64,000 nucleotides of DNA from Eledone cirrhosa (GCA_964016885.1 OZ024740.1:103850001-103914000); one strand, 5' to 3'; shown: positions 42,467 through 55,649, counted from the first letter of the stretch. Numbers and translations are program-made. The notes: generated from the sequence alone by a model not told the origin.

Positions 42467-42846
42467 TCATCATCATCATCATTTTATGTCTGCTTTTCCC
42501 TGCTTGCAAGGGTGGGACGGGAACTGATTCTGGCTTGATTTCTACAGCTGGATGCCCTTCCTAACACCAACCTCATTTACAGTGAGTACGGGGTGCTTTT
42601 TTTCCGTGGCGCCTACACGTCCACTTTACAGTGTGGGCTGGGTGCTTTTTTGCTATGGCACTGCCACGACCACTTTGCAGTGGAATGATAAGGACCCCTA
42701 TCATCTCATTTCTACAGCTGAGTAAACTGGAGCAATGTGAAATAAAGTGTCTTGCTCAAGGAAACAACACATCACCCAGTCTGAGAATTGAACTCACAAC
42801 CTTTCGATTGCAAGGCCAATGCTCTAACCACTAAGCCATGTGCCTC
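42467..42846 (-). mobile_element. tRNA-derived SINE (family 1)
   Basis: Matches 1198-1544; a deleted copy follows at 43118-43278. Confidence 0.85.
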
Positions 42847-42852
42847 GATACC

Positions 42853-42899
<47 letters not shown>

Positions 42900-43061
42900 G
42901 TGGTTGGTGTTAGGAAGGACATCCAGCCGTAGAAAACCTGCCAGATAGTCCTATATGAGCGAGACACGGTCACCCGACCAACCTTGCCTCAAGTGGGACA
43001 ACTCCCGTCTAACCCATGCTAGCGTGGAAAATGATGATGATATATATACATACACACACAA

Positions 43062-43119
<58 letters not shown>

Positions 43120-43327
43120 CATCATTATCATTTCACGTCTGCTTTTCCTTGAGTAAACTGGAGCAATGTGAAATAAAGTGTCTTGCTCAAGGAAACAACA
43201 CGTCACCCGGTCTGAGAATTGAACTCACAACCTTTCGATTGCAAGGCCAATGCTCTAACCACTAAGCCATGTGCCTCCATATATATATATATGTATATAT
43301 TCCATTATCTGGAATATTCCAAATTCT

Positions 43328-44885
43328 AATTCTAACCTTGCTGACTGTTTCTTTATACATGGCTTGTACAGCTCTCACAAGTCATTTATCAACACCTAGT
43401 TTTCTAAAGAAACAGTCAGCAAGGTTAGAATTAACAACGAATAAAGTGAAGAGTTTAGCGTAAAAGTTGGTGTTCATCAGGGCTACGTTCTTAGACCCCT
43501 ACTATTTATTATTGCCCTTCAGGCTATAACAGGGGAGTTCAAGACCAGCTGCCCATGGTAACTCCTATATGCAGATGATCTAACGCTCATAGCTGAATCA
43601 ATGGCTGAACTAGAGAAGAAATTCCAAACATGGAAGCATGGCCTAGAATCAAAAGGCTTTAAAGTTAACTTGTCTAAGACTAAAGTTCTAGTTTGTAGGA
43701 AGGAAAATAGGGCACCGGTCCCATCTGGGAAATGGCCATGCTCAGTGTGTAGGAAATGAGTAGGCAGAAACTCCATTTTATGTCCCAAATGCAAAGTATG
43801 GGTGCATAAAAGATGTAGTGGGATCACAGGTAAGCTAACTAAGAATATAGATTTTATATGTGGCCGGTGCTCAAGTGCAATAAGTAGCAGCAAGTGCCCA
43901 CAGAATACTAGCTCATTCCATTGCACAGATGGTTCTATAGAAATAGTGGACACCTTCCGTTACCTGGGTGACAAAATCAGCAGTGGGGGAGTGTGCTCTG
44001 AAAGTACAGTAGCTAGAGTCAGAACGGGATGGAAAAAGTTCAGAGAGCTTATACCACTATTGGCTGCTAAAGGGTTCTCTCTAAAAATGAAAGGCAGGCT
44101 GTATGATGCCTGCATACGAACAGCAATGTTACATGGCAGTGAGACCTGGGCATTGTGTACAGCGGATATACGCAGACTGGAGAGAAACGAAGCTTGCATG
44201 CTCCGCTGGATGTGTAATAGTAATATATGTGAACGACAAAGCATAAACGAACTAAGGGAGAAATTAGGAATAAGAGGGATCAGATGTTGTTTACTCGAGA
44301 GAAGACTGCGTTGGTACAGTCACGTGATGCGCATGAAAGACGACAGCTGTATAAAAAAGTGCAGGGTGATAAAAATAGACGGTAGCCACGGAGTAGGCAG
44401 ACCCAGAAAAACCTGGGACGACTTGATAAATTCCGACAAAATACCCCCCCCCCCTTAAATGTGAAGTTATGTTGGTACCACAACATCCAGTCCGAAACAA
44501 ATGAGGTCGTGTAGGTGTCACGAAAAAAAAAAACACAGTCCACGCTGTAATGTGGCCGTGTAGGTAACACGGTAAAAACCTCCCAGTCCACACTGTAAAC
44601 CTGGTCGGGGTTGGGAAGGGCACCCAGCCGTAGAAAATCCGCCAGACATGTAGGTGTCACGACAAAAAAACACACAGTTCACACTGTAATGTGGCCGTGT
44701 AGGTAACACGGTAAAAACCTCCCAGTCCACACTGTAAACGTGGTTAGTGTGAGGGCATCCAGCCGTAGAAAACCCACCAGACAGTCCTATACGAGCAGGA
44801 CAACCAATCTTGTCTCAAGTGGAAAAACTCCCGTCCAAACCCATGCAAGCGTGGAAGATGGACGTTAAACAATGATGATGATGAT
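43328..44885 (+). mobile_element. RTE-clade LINE (RT through 3' tail) with short 5' inversion
   Basis: VGVHQG...PLLFII.LQAI...LLYADDL, PHD-like insert, ORF 43802-44458; 43328-43406 is inverted upstream RT sequence. Confidence 0.9.
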
Positions 44886-44916
44886 GTGTATATATATATA
44901 TATATATATATATTTA

Positions 44917-45263
44917 TTAAGTAAGTGCCGTACTAAGAGTGAGAAATGAAATTTCGTTTCATTCTATTCCATTTATCGTTTACGGTGCGCCCGGCCGACT
45001 GAACTCAGTCGATATGCAAATTAAGCTGCTCAGCCGTTAATATGCATAAGGAAAGTATATACTTTCAGACGTTCAACCATCTGGCAGGAAGGTATACGAT
45101 GCTGACGATAGCTAGTAAGCTTGAAACTAGTACATCGTTCCTGTGTCAGTGTTCAACAAAAAGGTGACGTGGTTGCCTAAACACTGTACGGCGTAATTCG
45201 GGCTGTTTGTTTGTTTACAAACAAACAAACCGAGCATTATAATAAATGTTTGGTAAACCGATA

Positions 45264-45301
<38 letters not shown>

Positions 45302-45305
45302 CATC

Positions 45306-45344
<39 letters not shown>

Positions 45345-45452
45345 TACTGTACATCTGTATACATATATGTATGTACGTATACATACATACATACTTACAT
45401 TTAAGTAAGTGCCGTACTAAGAGTGAGAAATGAAATTTCGTTTCATTCTATT

Positions 45453-45455
<3 letters not shown>
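44917..45455 (+). mobile_element. Non-coding element with 55 bp terminal direct repeats and internal hammerhead (retrozyme or non-autonomous PLE-like)
   Basis: 44917-44971 is identical to 45401-45455; flanked by (TA)n; hammerhead at 45097-45137. Confidence 0.7.
45097..45137 (+). ncRNA. Canonical minimal type I hammerhead ribozyme
   Basis: CGATG-CTGACGA-TAGCT-AGTA-AGCTT-GAAA-palindromic ACTAGT-A-CATCG; GUA triplet; stem I extends CAGGAA/TTCCTG past a bulge. Confidence 0.88.
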
Positions 45456-45488
<33 letters not shown>

Positions 45489-45552
45489 GTATACATATAC
45501 ATATATATATACATACATATACATATATATATATATATACATATGTATACAT

Positions 45553-45583
<31 letters not shown>

Positions 45584-45672
45584 CATATGTATACATATAC
45601 ATATATATATACATACATATATATATATACATACATATATATATATACATATATATATACATATATATATAT

Positions 45673-46322
45673 AATGAAGGAAATGTGGTAAGGCACCAGG
45701 TGGACCATAACGCACCAAAGTACTCAATACTTAGGCTAGTAGAGTGGGTAATAGGAACGAGTAGGACCCTGACGGCTGAGCTCAAGCCGTTTCGACGGTT
45801 AATTCTGGACTAAATGAATATTTTTATCCTGGTATATGAATAGCCGAGCTTCTCAGGGGGTAATTCCATATATGGTAAAAGTGATTGTCACAAGGATTGG
45901 TCAAAAGTTTGTTGTTGAGACACATAATTCTATCATGGCAATTTGTGGAAGGAAGGTGTAGCTGAATCTGCCAGTAGAAGAAAGAGGGAGAGGGGGTGGA
46001 GGAAACCCAGTCGTGCGTTGATAGTGCCAACTACAGCAGGGCAGGAGGTTAAGGAAGTATACTAGGGAGGGGGAGGAAGTCGAAACAATAAGTAAAACAA
46101 TATGGGGTAAATATATAGAAAAATACCGAGAATGTTAAAAAAAACAATTAAATATAAAAAAAATTAAAAAAACACTTGTCTCAACAACAAACTTTTGACC
46201 AATCCTTGTGACAATCACTTTTACCATATATGGAATTACCCCCCGAGAAGCTCGGCTATTCATATACCAGGATAAAAATTTTCATTTAGTCCAGAATTAG
46301 CCGTCGAAACGGCTTGAGCTCA
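45673..46322 (-). mobile_element. PLE-type terminal fragment with inverted repeat and hammerhead-like motif (45766-45861)
   Basis: 45778-45920 is inverted at 46176-46322; ACCCC-CTGAGAA-...-GAAACGGCT/AGCCGT-C-(A/G)GGGT; second copy at 48089-48480. Confidence 0.65.
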
Positions 46323-46405
<83 letters not shown>

Positions 46406-46443
46406 TGTATATATATATATATACATATATGTATATATATACA

Positions 46444-46475
<32 letters not shown>

Positions 46476-46602
46476 CATAAATATACGTATATATACATAT
46501 ATATACATATATATACATAATATATATACATAATTTATACATATATATACATAATATACATATATATACATATATATACATATATATACATAAATGTATA
46601 TG

Positions 46603-46648
<46 letters not shown>

Positions 46649-46700
46649 TATATACATATATGTATATGTATATATATATATGTATATATTAATATATATA

Positions 46701-46751
<51 letters not shown>

Positions 46752-47108
46752 ATATGTATATATACATATATATATATATACATATATGTATATATATATG
46801 TATATATACATATATATATATACATATATATACATATACATATATATATATACATATACATATATGTATATATATATATATTTCGTTTCTGAATTTGTTT
46901 AGCAAGATTCTTTATCTGAAATCGTGTGTTGAAACCGATATTGTTATACTTTGGGAGGGTCATGTTGCCAATAAGAAACACACGCACCAGTTGCTTTCAC
47001 TTCAATTTATTATATATTCATAAATTTATAAATTTACAAATCTACAAACTTATAAATTTCTGGTTGGTTGGTTGGTTCCACAACCAGATAGTTGTTTATA
47101 TATAGTCC

Positions 47109-47140
<32 letters not shown>

Positions 47141-47141
<1 letters not shown>

Positions 47142-47730
47142 CACTGATGAGGGACTATTTTTATCATATGTAACCCATGTGCAACCACGCAGTATTCTTC
47201 TTTCTTCTCATGTTTTTTATACATATTTACCTCGGCTGCGTTTGTCTCTTACTGCTTGCTCGTTCTCTGTTTCTCTCACCTTCTTTCGCCCCCTCTGTCA
47301 GTTACACTTTCTCTCGACTGACCTCTTCCTCGCACTTCCACTCACTCACTCTCTGTTTCTCCCCTTCTCACTTCCTCCCGTTTGGCTAGTAGTGTGTCTT
47401 TTCCTGCTCACATCTCACTCACGTCGGACGGTCTGTATCTTGATCGCTCATGAAATCCATCCAGCTTATGCTGACAGGATAACCATGATGCTTGTTTATT
47501 TTCCTATCTTCGGTTTGCCTTTATCCTTCTATGTTTACTTGTCTCACTCGATTTATGCAATTTACTTGTCCCAATAGCTTTTTTTAGTTATTGCTCCCAC
47601 CAACCTGAGGTATATGATTTTTAATGCGATGAAATATCAATGATGGTTGGCAAATCACTGACGAGGGACTAATTTTATCATATGTAACCCATGTGCAACC
47701 ACGCAGTATTCTTCTTTCTTCTCATGTTTT
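47141..47730 (+). mobile_element. (TA)n-inserted element with ~75 bp terminal direct repeats
   Basis: 47141-47216 is repeated at 47655-47730, each starting TCACTGAYGAGGGA; pyrimidine-rich interior. Confidence 0.55.
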
Positions 47731-47738
47731 ATATATAT

Positions 47739-48084
47739 GGAAGCACATGGCTTAGTGGTTAGAGCATTGGCCTTGCAATCGAAAGGTTGTGAGTTCAATT
47801 CTCAGACCGGGTGATGTGTTGTTTCCTTGAGCAAGACACTTTATTTCACATTGCTCCAGTTTACTCAGCTGTAGAAATGAGATGATAGGGACTGGAATCC
47901 CTATCATTCCACTGCAAAGTGGACGTGGAGGTGCCACGGCAAAAAAAGCACCCAGCACTCACTGTAAATGAGGTTGGTGTTAGGAAGGACATCCAGCTGT
48001 AGAAATCAAGCCAGAATCAGTTCCCGTCCCACCCTTGCAAGCAGGGAAAAGTGGACGTAAAATGATGATGATGATGATGATGAT
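47739..48084 (+). mobile_element. tRNA-derived SINE (family 1), full length
   Basis: Matches 1198-1544. Confidence 0.88.
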
Positions 48085-48849
48085 ATATATAGGAACGAGT
48101 AGGACCCCGACGGCTGAGCTCAAGCCGTTTTGACGGCTAATTCTGGACTAAATGGAAATTTTTATCCTGGTACATGAATAGCCGAGCTTCTCAGGGGGTA
48201 ATTCCATATATGGTAAAAGTGATTGTCACAAGGATTGGTCAAAAGTTTGTTGTTGAGACACATAATTCTATCATGGCATTTTGTGGAAGGAAGGGGTAGC
48301 TGAACTTGCTAGTAGAAGGGAGGGAGTGGAGGAAACCCAGTCGTGCGTTGATAGTGCCAACTACAGTAGGGCAGGAGGTCAAGAAAGTATACTAGGGAGA
48401 GGGAGGAAGTCGAAACAATAAGTAAATCAATATGGAGTAAATATATAGAAGAATAATAAGAATGTTAAAAATATAAAAAAAAACAATTTCTGGTTACTAT
48501 TCCCTTACCACAATCATCAAGTCTCTCACTGGTACTGCTAAACTATAGAAAAGTTTAATAGGTGGGATGGAATACTAAATACGAGATTGTAATGAAAGAA
48601 TTTTATGAGCTAGTAGTAATCGTCCAAATCTATCTTACAGTGACAGGTCAACAAGTGGGGGGCCAAAATACTAAAGAAACTGTCGGTCTAGGTAGGCCCC
48701 CTAGGCTATAATTCTAAACACATAGCTTATTACACATGTAATTACGAATCCTTAACTACAACAATGTAAAGAAAAAGCTTAATCTCTAATAAGACTAGAA
48801 GTTAAGACCAATCTCTTGTTTATTTAAAAAATATAATATTTCGGATAAA

Positions 48850-49096
48850 ATGGCAACTGCATCTAAAAAAAAGTGTAGACAATATTCCGTCGAATAAAAA
48901 CGTTAAATTTTTTTTACTTGCTTTCCCCACATCTTATTTAGTTGAGTCAGGTTTCAGTCAGGTGATGCATCTGCTTTCAAAAAGTCAAAATCGCCTTGAT
49001 ATAGAAAGAAGAGGTGATTTACGACTCTCTCTAACGGCTTTCACACCAAACATTGACAAATTAGTAGCCTTGCATCAATCACAGGGATCTCATTAA
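48850..49096 (+). pseudogene. Internally deleted hAT (Charlie/Buster-type) transposase
   Basis: MATASKKKCRQYSVE directly followed by FPTSYLVESGFSQV..LLSK..NRLDIERRGDLRLSLT...PNIDKLV..HQSQGSH*. Confidence 0.8.
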
Positions 49097-49868
49097 AAAC
49101 CGATTATTATATTCTTTGATTTGTAAATATAAATAAATGATTTGATATCTAAATTCTATATTATTCTATTTGTTTGAAATGTTGAAATACATGCTTATGT
49201 TATTCTCGATACTCAGGTTTTTAACCTAATATTTAATTAAAAGTATAATTATGCAGGAGTATATACAAACAAATATATATATCTATATATTGTGTATATA
49301 TAGAAAAAATATATATAATATTTTTATTTATGTTGTTACTTTTTATCATTAGTCACATTTTAGAACAATTTGGTATTTGCGACATTTCCTGGACTTTTGC
49401 TTTTCGTCGATTATTTGACGTGTTTTACATTCTTCGGTGTTGAATATCAAATCAAGCAAATTGCATTATTCCAAGTGTGTCAATATAGTGCTCATTGTGG
49501 GTATGGTGTGGTGTGTAGTGGCCGGAGGCTGGGCGTGCTTGACCGGAAGCGTGCTCGACCGGAAGGGCGAGCAGATGTGACGTCAGTTTGAGAGGCCGCT
49601 TTCTCTTCTACAGCGGTCATCGGACTGAGACAGCCGTGCGATTTGAGGCTGCGATCGGCAAGCTGGATTGTACACACGTGGAAGAGAGGAAAACCAGCCA
49701 ACGACTTTGCCAGGACCAGAGAAACGCGGTAAGTGAAGTGGCTTTCTAATCACAAGCTATTTCGGCACTTAAAGACTTATAGAAAAAAAGAAAGAACAAG
49801 GAAAAAGGAAGAATTTTTTTTAAAGACAAAGCCACTGGAAAACAGTGTCAATATAGTGCTCATTAACA

Positions 49869-52545
49869 ATGCTGCCTAAAAAAAACTTACAAAACTGTAG
49901 CAACAAAGAGGAGAGAAGCTTGACAAGCTGCCACGGAAGAATCTGCAAAGAAATGTCATCTAATCACAAGTTTTCTGAAAAGTCAACAGTCTTCGTCAAC
50001 AAGTGGTGACGCATCCCAAAGCAACGTAACTGCCGGAATTTCCGGCGAGTCGGTCTGGTCAGATGAACTGGGGAAACAGAAAAGCACTGGAGAGTTGCGA
50101 GAACCTGACGTTGAAGATGCCTCAGGTCCATCGACTATCTCAACAACCGTCGTAGTCACTGAAGATGTAGTTCCAACTGGGGATCCGAACTCAATAGAGG
50201 GAAAAATGGCTGTATCGGAATCTGAAAATGAAAATGATTCAGAGGAAACTACATTGGCAAAACAAATCCCAGAGTATGAGCCAGTAGAGTGCATGTTGAA
50301 TTTACAAGAGGAGTATCCAAGCGACCCGAAACATTTCGAGGGCAGACCATTGACGACACCTCTAATTCGCACCCTCATGGCCGTTGGTCCTTGTCAGCCA
50401 GGATTGAAAGATAATTTTGCTGATTTCCCTCTCAACTCGAACCACAGAAAATTCAACATCAGTTGGTACAAGAGAAAGTGTGCTGGAATCCATAAAGTTG
50501 ACCGACACTGGTTAGTATACTCTCCTGAATCCAACATACTATATTGCTTTTGTTGTTGGCTGTTTGCTGATAAAAATGCCGAATCTTACTCGAAGACTTG
50601 GGGTAATCCAGAGTGTGGGATGGCAAACTTCAAAAAGAGAATCGAAAAAATTGCCAAGCATGAGAAAAGTGCCATTCACATCAATGCACAAAAGCAATAC
50701 TTCATGACAAAATATCGTTTGGACGCAGATAAAACAGTGATCGATAACCTCGCCTGGCCTTCAGAGGTCACAGGGAATATGCTGGACTTGGCGCCAAATC
50801 AGAAAATGAAGGAAACTTTATTGAATTGTTGAAATTGATGGCCAAGTATGATACGATCTTGGAAAGCCATTTATTCTCGCCTGGGCGCACTAAAAGACAG
50901 CCTATGTACTTAAGTCCAAAAGTACAAAACGAATTCATAGAATGCCTGGCAAATGAATGTACTCAACAAATAATCCCGGAAGTGAAAATGGCAAAATACT
51001 ATTCAGTCATCGTCGATTCCACAATGGACATTTCGCATCAGGATCAATGCTCTGGAGCTCAGGAGCATTTCCTGTCATTTTGTGAACTAGAATCAGCAAC
51101 CACTGAATTATTTTACGATACGCTTGTGAAAGTTCTTTTCCAGGATCTATCCTTGGATGCTCAATATATTAGGGGACAAGCTTACGACGGAGCGTCGAAT
51201 ATGTCTGGCCATATTTCTGGGCTTCAGGCTAGAGTTAAAGAGGGATGCTCTTCGAAAGCTGTTTACGTCCATTGTTGCGCTCATAACCTGAACCTGGTGT
51301 TAATCGATGCTAGCCAATCGTCAGTGGGTGGTAAATTATTTTTTGGTATATTGGAGAGCCTGTATGTTTTCTTATCAAGCTTGCCAAGGCTGAAAATCCT
51401 CGAAGAAGAACAAGAAAAACTATTGACTTCAATGGCATTAACATTAAAAAGACTCTCAGATTCGCACTGGTTTAGTCACATTCAGGCTGTAGAGGCTACC
51501 ATTAACTTACCGGCAGTAATAAGTGCACTAGAGAGGATAATAAGTGGGGATGTTCACAACACTGCTCCGAAAGTATTAGCCGAGGCCAGAGGTTTGCTAC
51601 TAAATGTGAGCAAGTTTGAATTCATTTTCATGTTGAAGTTTTTTCAGAATTTACTTAAAAAGCTGCATTCTGTTTCACAATATTTGCAGAAGGAGGCTAT
51701 CGACTTATATTCCGCGGACGTCATGATTAAAAATGTAGTAAAAGAAATTGAAGACATCCGCTCAAATGAATATTTTGACCGAATATTATCAGACGCTAAA
51801 AATCTCACCGAGCAATGTCAAGTTGAACCAGAGTTTACAACAGAAAAACGGAAAAGAAAAAAAGCGTTTTCATGACGAAAATGCCAGTGACGAACCTCAT
51901 GAGACGATGAGTCAGCATTTTAAACGGGACGTTTATTTCACTCCCTAACCCTTTTCTTGTGCGCCCTTGTGGCTAATAAAGAAATATATCTTAGATAGAA
52001 TCATTAGTAGCTTTAACGAATGTTTTGCTGACTTGCACAATCTAGTGAAGGATTTTTCGTGCTTGATACCAGCGCACTTCGACGACGACGACGACACATG
52101 CAATAGAGAGAGAATCGATAATCTTGTGAAATTCTACGAGGGTGACATCGAAAATGACACTATCTTCGACGAGTATTTATCATTCAAAGATTTTTACAAG
52201 GAAGTGTGTTTAGATAAATCCATATCGAGTTCTGAGATCATTCCGTTTATGATTTCTAATGACTTAGATAGAGCCTATCCGAACATGTTTGCCTTATACA
52301 AAATGTGTATAACTATTCCGGTTAGCTCGGCGCAAGCTGAGCGAACCTTCATCAGGCTCAAACTGATAAAGAATTATTTGCGTAGTACCTTGAGTGAAGA
52401 GTGGTTGAATGCTCTGGCAATGATGTACATAGAGCGAGAACTGGCTGAAAAAATTGACTTCAGCATTGTGATTGAAAAATTTTCTAAAGTAAAACATCGC
52501 AAATTAGAACAAGTGATGTGCTCGAATGTGAAAGTAAAGTTTTAG
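49869..52545 (+). pseudogene. hAT transposase (ZMYM1/DUF4371-like, TTF-type zinc finger, C-terminal dimerisation domain), frameshifted
   Basis: WLVYS...YCFCCWLF...HEKSAIH; YYSVIVDST.DISH.DQ; RGQAYDGASNMSG; VHCCAHNLNL; IPVSSAQAERTF.RLKLIKNYLRSTL; split over ORFs starting 50095, 50826 and 51967. Confidence 0.92.
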
Positions 52546-52840
52546 ATGGATGATTTGTTGTACATACGAATTTTTGTTGGTGAATAATCGATTGCAAAAC
52601 TAGTTTTATTGGATGTTGTTTTTTTTCTGAAGATAGACAACTGTCTTCGCAGTTAATAAAGTTTTCACGGAACATGCTAACTCTGTAATCTATGATGCTG
52701 TCTACTCTATTATAAATTATTATCTATTCTATATGTGTGTATGAACATATTTCCTTGCAGCCGATGGAAATGAGCGTATGGAATTGGTGGGCTCCCTTTA
52801 GATCGAATTTGCCCCCCCCCCTCCCCCTCGGCTTTAAAAG

Positions 52841-52855
52841 CTAGTTACGCCACTG
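52841..52855 (-). repeat. Probable 3' terminal inverted repeat of the hAT element
   Basis: Reverse complement CAGTGGCGTAACTAG; abuts the 3' half of a SINE (52856-52960); matching 5' TIR not found. Confidence 0.6.
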
Positions 52856-53038
52856 CCCAGCACTCACTGTAAATAAGCTATAGAAATCAAGCCAGAATCA
52901 GCTCCCGTCCCACCCTTGCAAGCAGGGAAAAGCAGACGTAAAATGATGATGATGGTGATGATACATATATATATATATGATGATGACTACCCTCTTGATA
53001 TTGAATATAGCCATTACACGATATAAAATTATTAATAA

Positions 53039-53473
53039 CTAGCGTATATAGTGTGCATATTAATATTATATGCAAGTATATATGCATGTAGATATGATAC
53101 ATCAAATAAAATCGTAGTTGAAAATATACACAGAAATTGAACAAAGACTGCATTACACTCTCTTACGTAATCAGTAACGTAATCCATGATACATTAAAAA
53201 AAGATATTATATATAAACTGCATTAGCAGAAAATTAGTGATGGAAATATATGAATGTTCATTTAAGTGATTGCTAACCGGAAGTGTTGATAAGTGAATCT
53301 TAAAATAAGCAACAAAATTATATATATTTAATCAAGAATAACGAAATTTAGTAGATAAATTATGTAATATTCATTCATTATTTATTCAAAGTAATCCAAC
53401 TTAATTTACAAACGGGATAAAAGAAATATATTCTGGACGCAGACCCGCACTCCATACTTTATTATAGTTTAGA
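53039..53473 (-). mobile_element. Possible non-autonomous Helitron
   Basis: Minus strand A|TCTAAACTATAATAAAG...CTAG|T termini. Confidence 0.4.
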
Positions 53474-53584
53474 TTATCAATAAATGCTATTGTGCAATGC
53501 CTGTGCATGAAGATTTTTTAAAAAGTGAGCAAAGACTTTATATATACATACATACATAGATATATATATATCCACATACATACA

Positions 53585-53942
53585 TCATCATCATCATTTC
53601 ATTTTACGTCCGCTTTTCCCTGCTTACAAGGTTGGGAGGGGAACTGATTCTGGCTTGATTTCTACAGCTGGATACCCTTCCTAACACCAACCTCATTTAC
53701 AGTGAGTGCTGGGTGCTTTTTAGCCGTGGCACCTACACGTCCACTTTACAGTGTGGGCTGGGTGCTTTTTTGCCGTGGCACCTCCACGACGACTTTGCAG
53801 TGGAATGATAGGGACTGGGGTCCATATCATCTCATTTCTACAGCTGAGTAAACTGGAGCAATGTGAAATAAAGTGTCTTGCTCAAGGAAAAAACATCACC
53901 CGGTCTGAGAATTGAACTCACAACTTTTCGATTACAAGGCCA
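53585..53942 (-). mobile_element. tRNA-derived SINE (family 1), head truncated
   Basis: Matches reverse complement of 1228-1544. Confidence 0.85.
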
Positions 53943-53949
53943 ACATACA

Positions 53950-53980
<31 letters not shown>

Positions 53981-53989
53981 ATATATAAC

Positions 53990-54415
53990 TTTGATAGATT
54001 TCGGCCAGTATTGGCCCAGGCCATGTCTAACTTGATAGCACCACCCGGCGAAGTCTTACAAATCAGGGTTTGGGTACCATGGCCCATTTGAGCAGAGAGT
54101 TTTGTTTACGGAGGCATATCCGGGTGTAGGAGGCTTATCCGGGATTTCTTGAAGGAATTTGTCCAAAGACTTCTTGAAGTTGATGGGGTCTGTCTCTGTT
54201 TTGATGTGTTTTGGTGTAATGTTAAAGAGAGCAGGGCCAATTGAGGTGAAACAATTGTGCCGTATTGTTGTTATGAGATGCAAGTGAGATTTTTCCCGTG
54301 GGCGGATAGCATGGGGCCCAAGCCTTGGGTGTACATTAAAGGTGATGCCAACATCATTTGGGCAAAGCAGATGGAATATTTTCCACATCATGCAGATAAT
54401 GTAGCGCTCATGGCA
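53990..54415 (-). mobile_element. CR1-group LINE 3' fragment (second family)
   Basis: [12 protein letters not shown]....PN...GPALFNITPKHIK...FKKSLDKFLQEIPDKP. Confidence 0.75.
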
Positions 54416-54798
54416 CACATATATACATATATATATATACACACACATACATGCATATATATATATATACATACACACACATGCATATACAAACACACAC
54501 AGGCACAAATACATACATATAAATCTACACACATACATAGAGATACATGTATATATATATACACACAAATGCATATATATACATATATATATATATACAT
54601 ACAAACATATATTTATATATATACATCCATACATATATATACATACACATACATCCATACATATATATACATACACATCCAAACATATATACATACACAC
54701 ACATATACATACATACATATATATACATACACATACATATATATACACACACACATACATATACATACATACATACATATATATACATACACATATAT

Positions 54799-54844
<46 letters not shown>

Positions 54845-55037
54845 ATATATATACACACACATATACATACATACATATATATACATACACATACATATAT
54901 ATATATATATACACACACACTAACCCATGCTAGCGTGGAAGAACGGATGTAAAATGGTGATGATGATACATATATATATATATATACATACATACATACA
55001 CACATACATATATATATATATACACACACATACACAC

Positions 55038-55068
<31 letters not shown>

Positions 55069-55569
55069 TACATACACACATATACACACACACATACATA
55101 CATATATATATATACACATATATATACACTAACATATATATATATATACTCATACATATATATATATACACATACATATACATACATATATATACACATA
55201 CATATATATATATACACATACATATATATACACATACATATATATATATATACATACACATACATATATATATACACATACATATATATATACACATACA
55301 TATATATATACACATACATATATATATACACATACACATATATATAGATATACACATATATATACACACATACATATATATATATATACACACATACATA
55401 TATATATATATATACACACATACATATATATACACATACATACATATATATACACATACATACATATATATATATACACATACATACATATATATATATA
55501 TACACATACATACATATATATATATACACATACATATATATATATATACACATACATACATATATATAT

Positions 55570-55601
<32 letters not shown>

Positions 55602-55649
55602 ACATACATACATATATATATATATATACACATACATATATATATACAC

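Noticed and set aside
50095-52545. Domesticated ZMYM1-like host gene
   Set aside because: Multiple frameshifts, stops and deletions plus a terminal TIR indicate a dead transposon.
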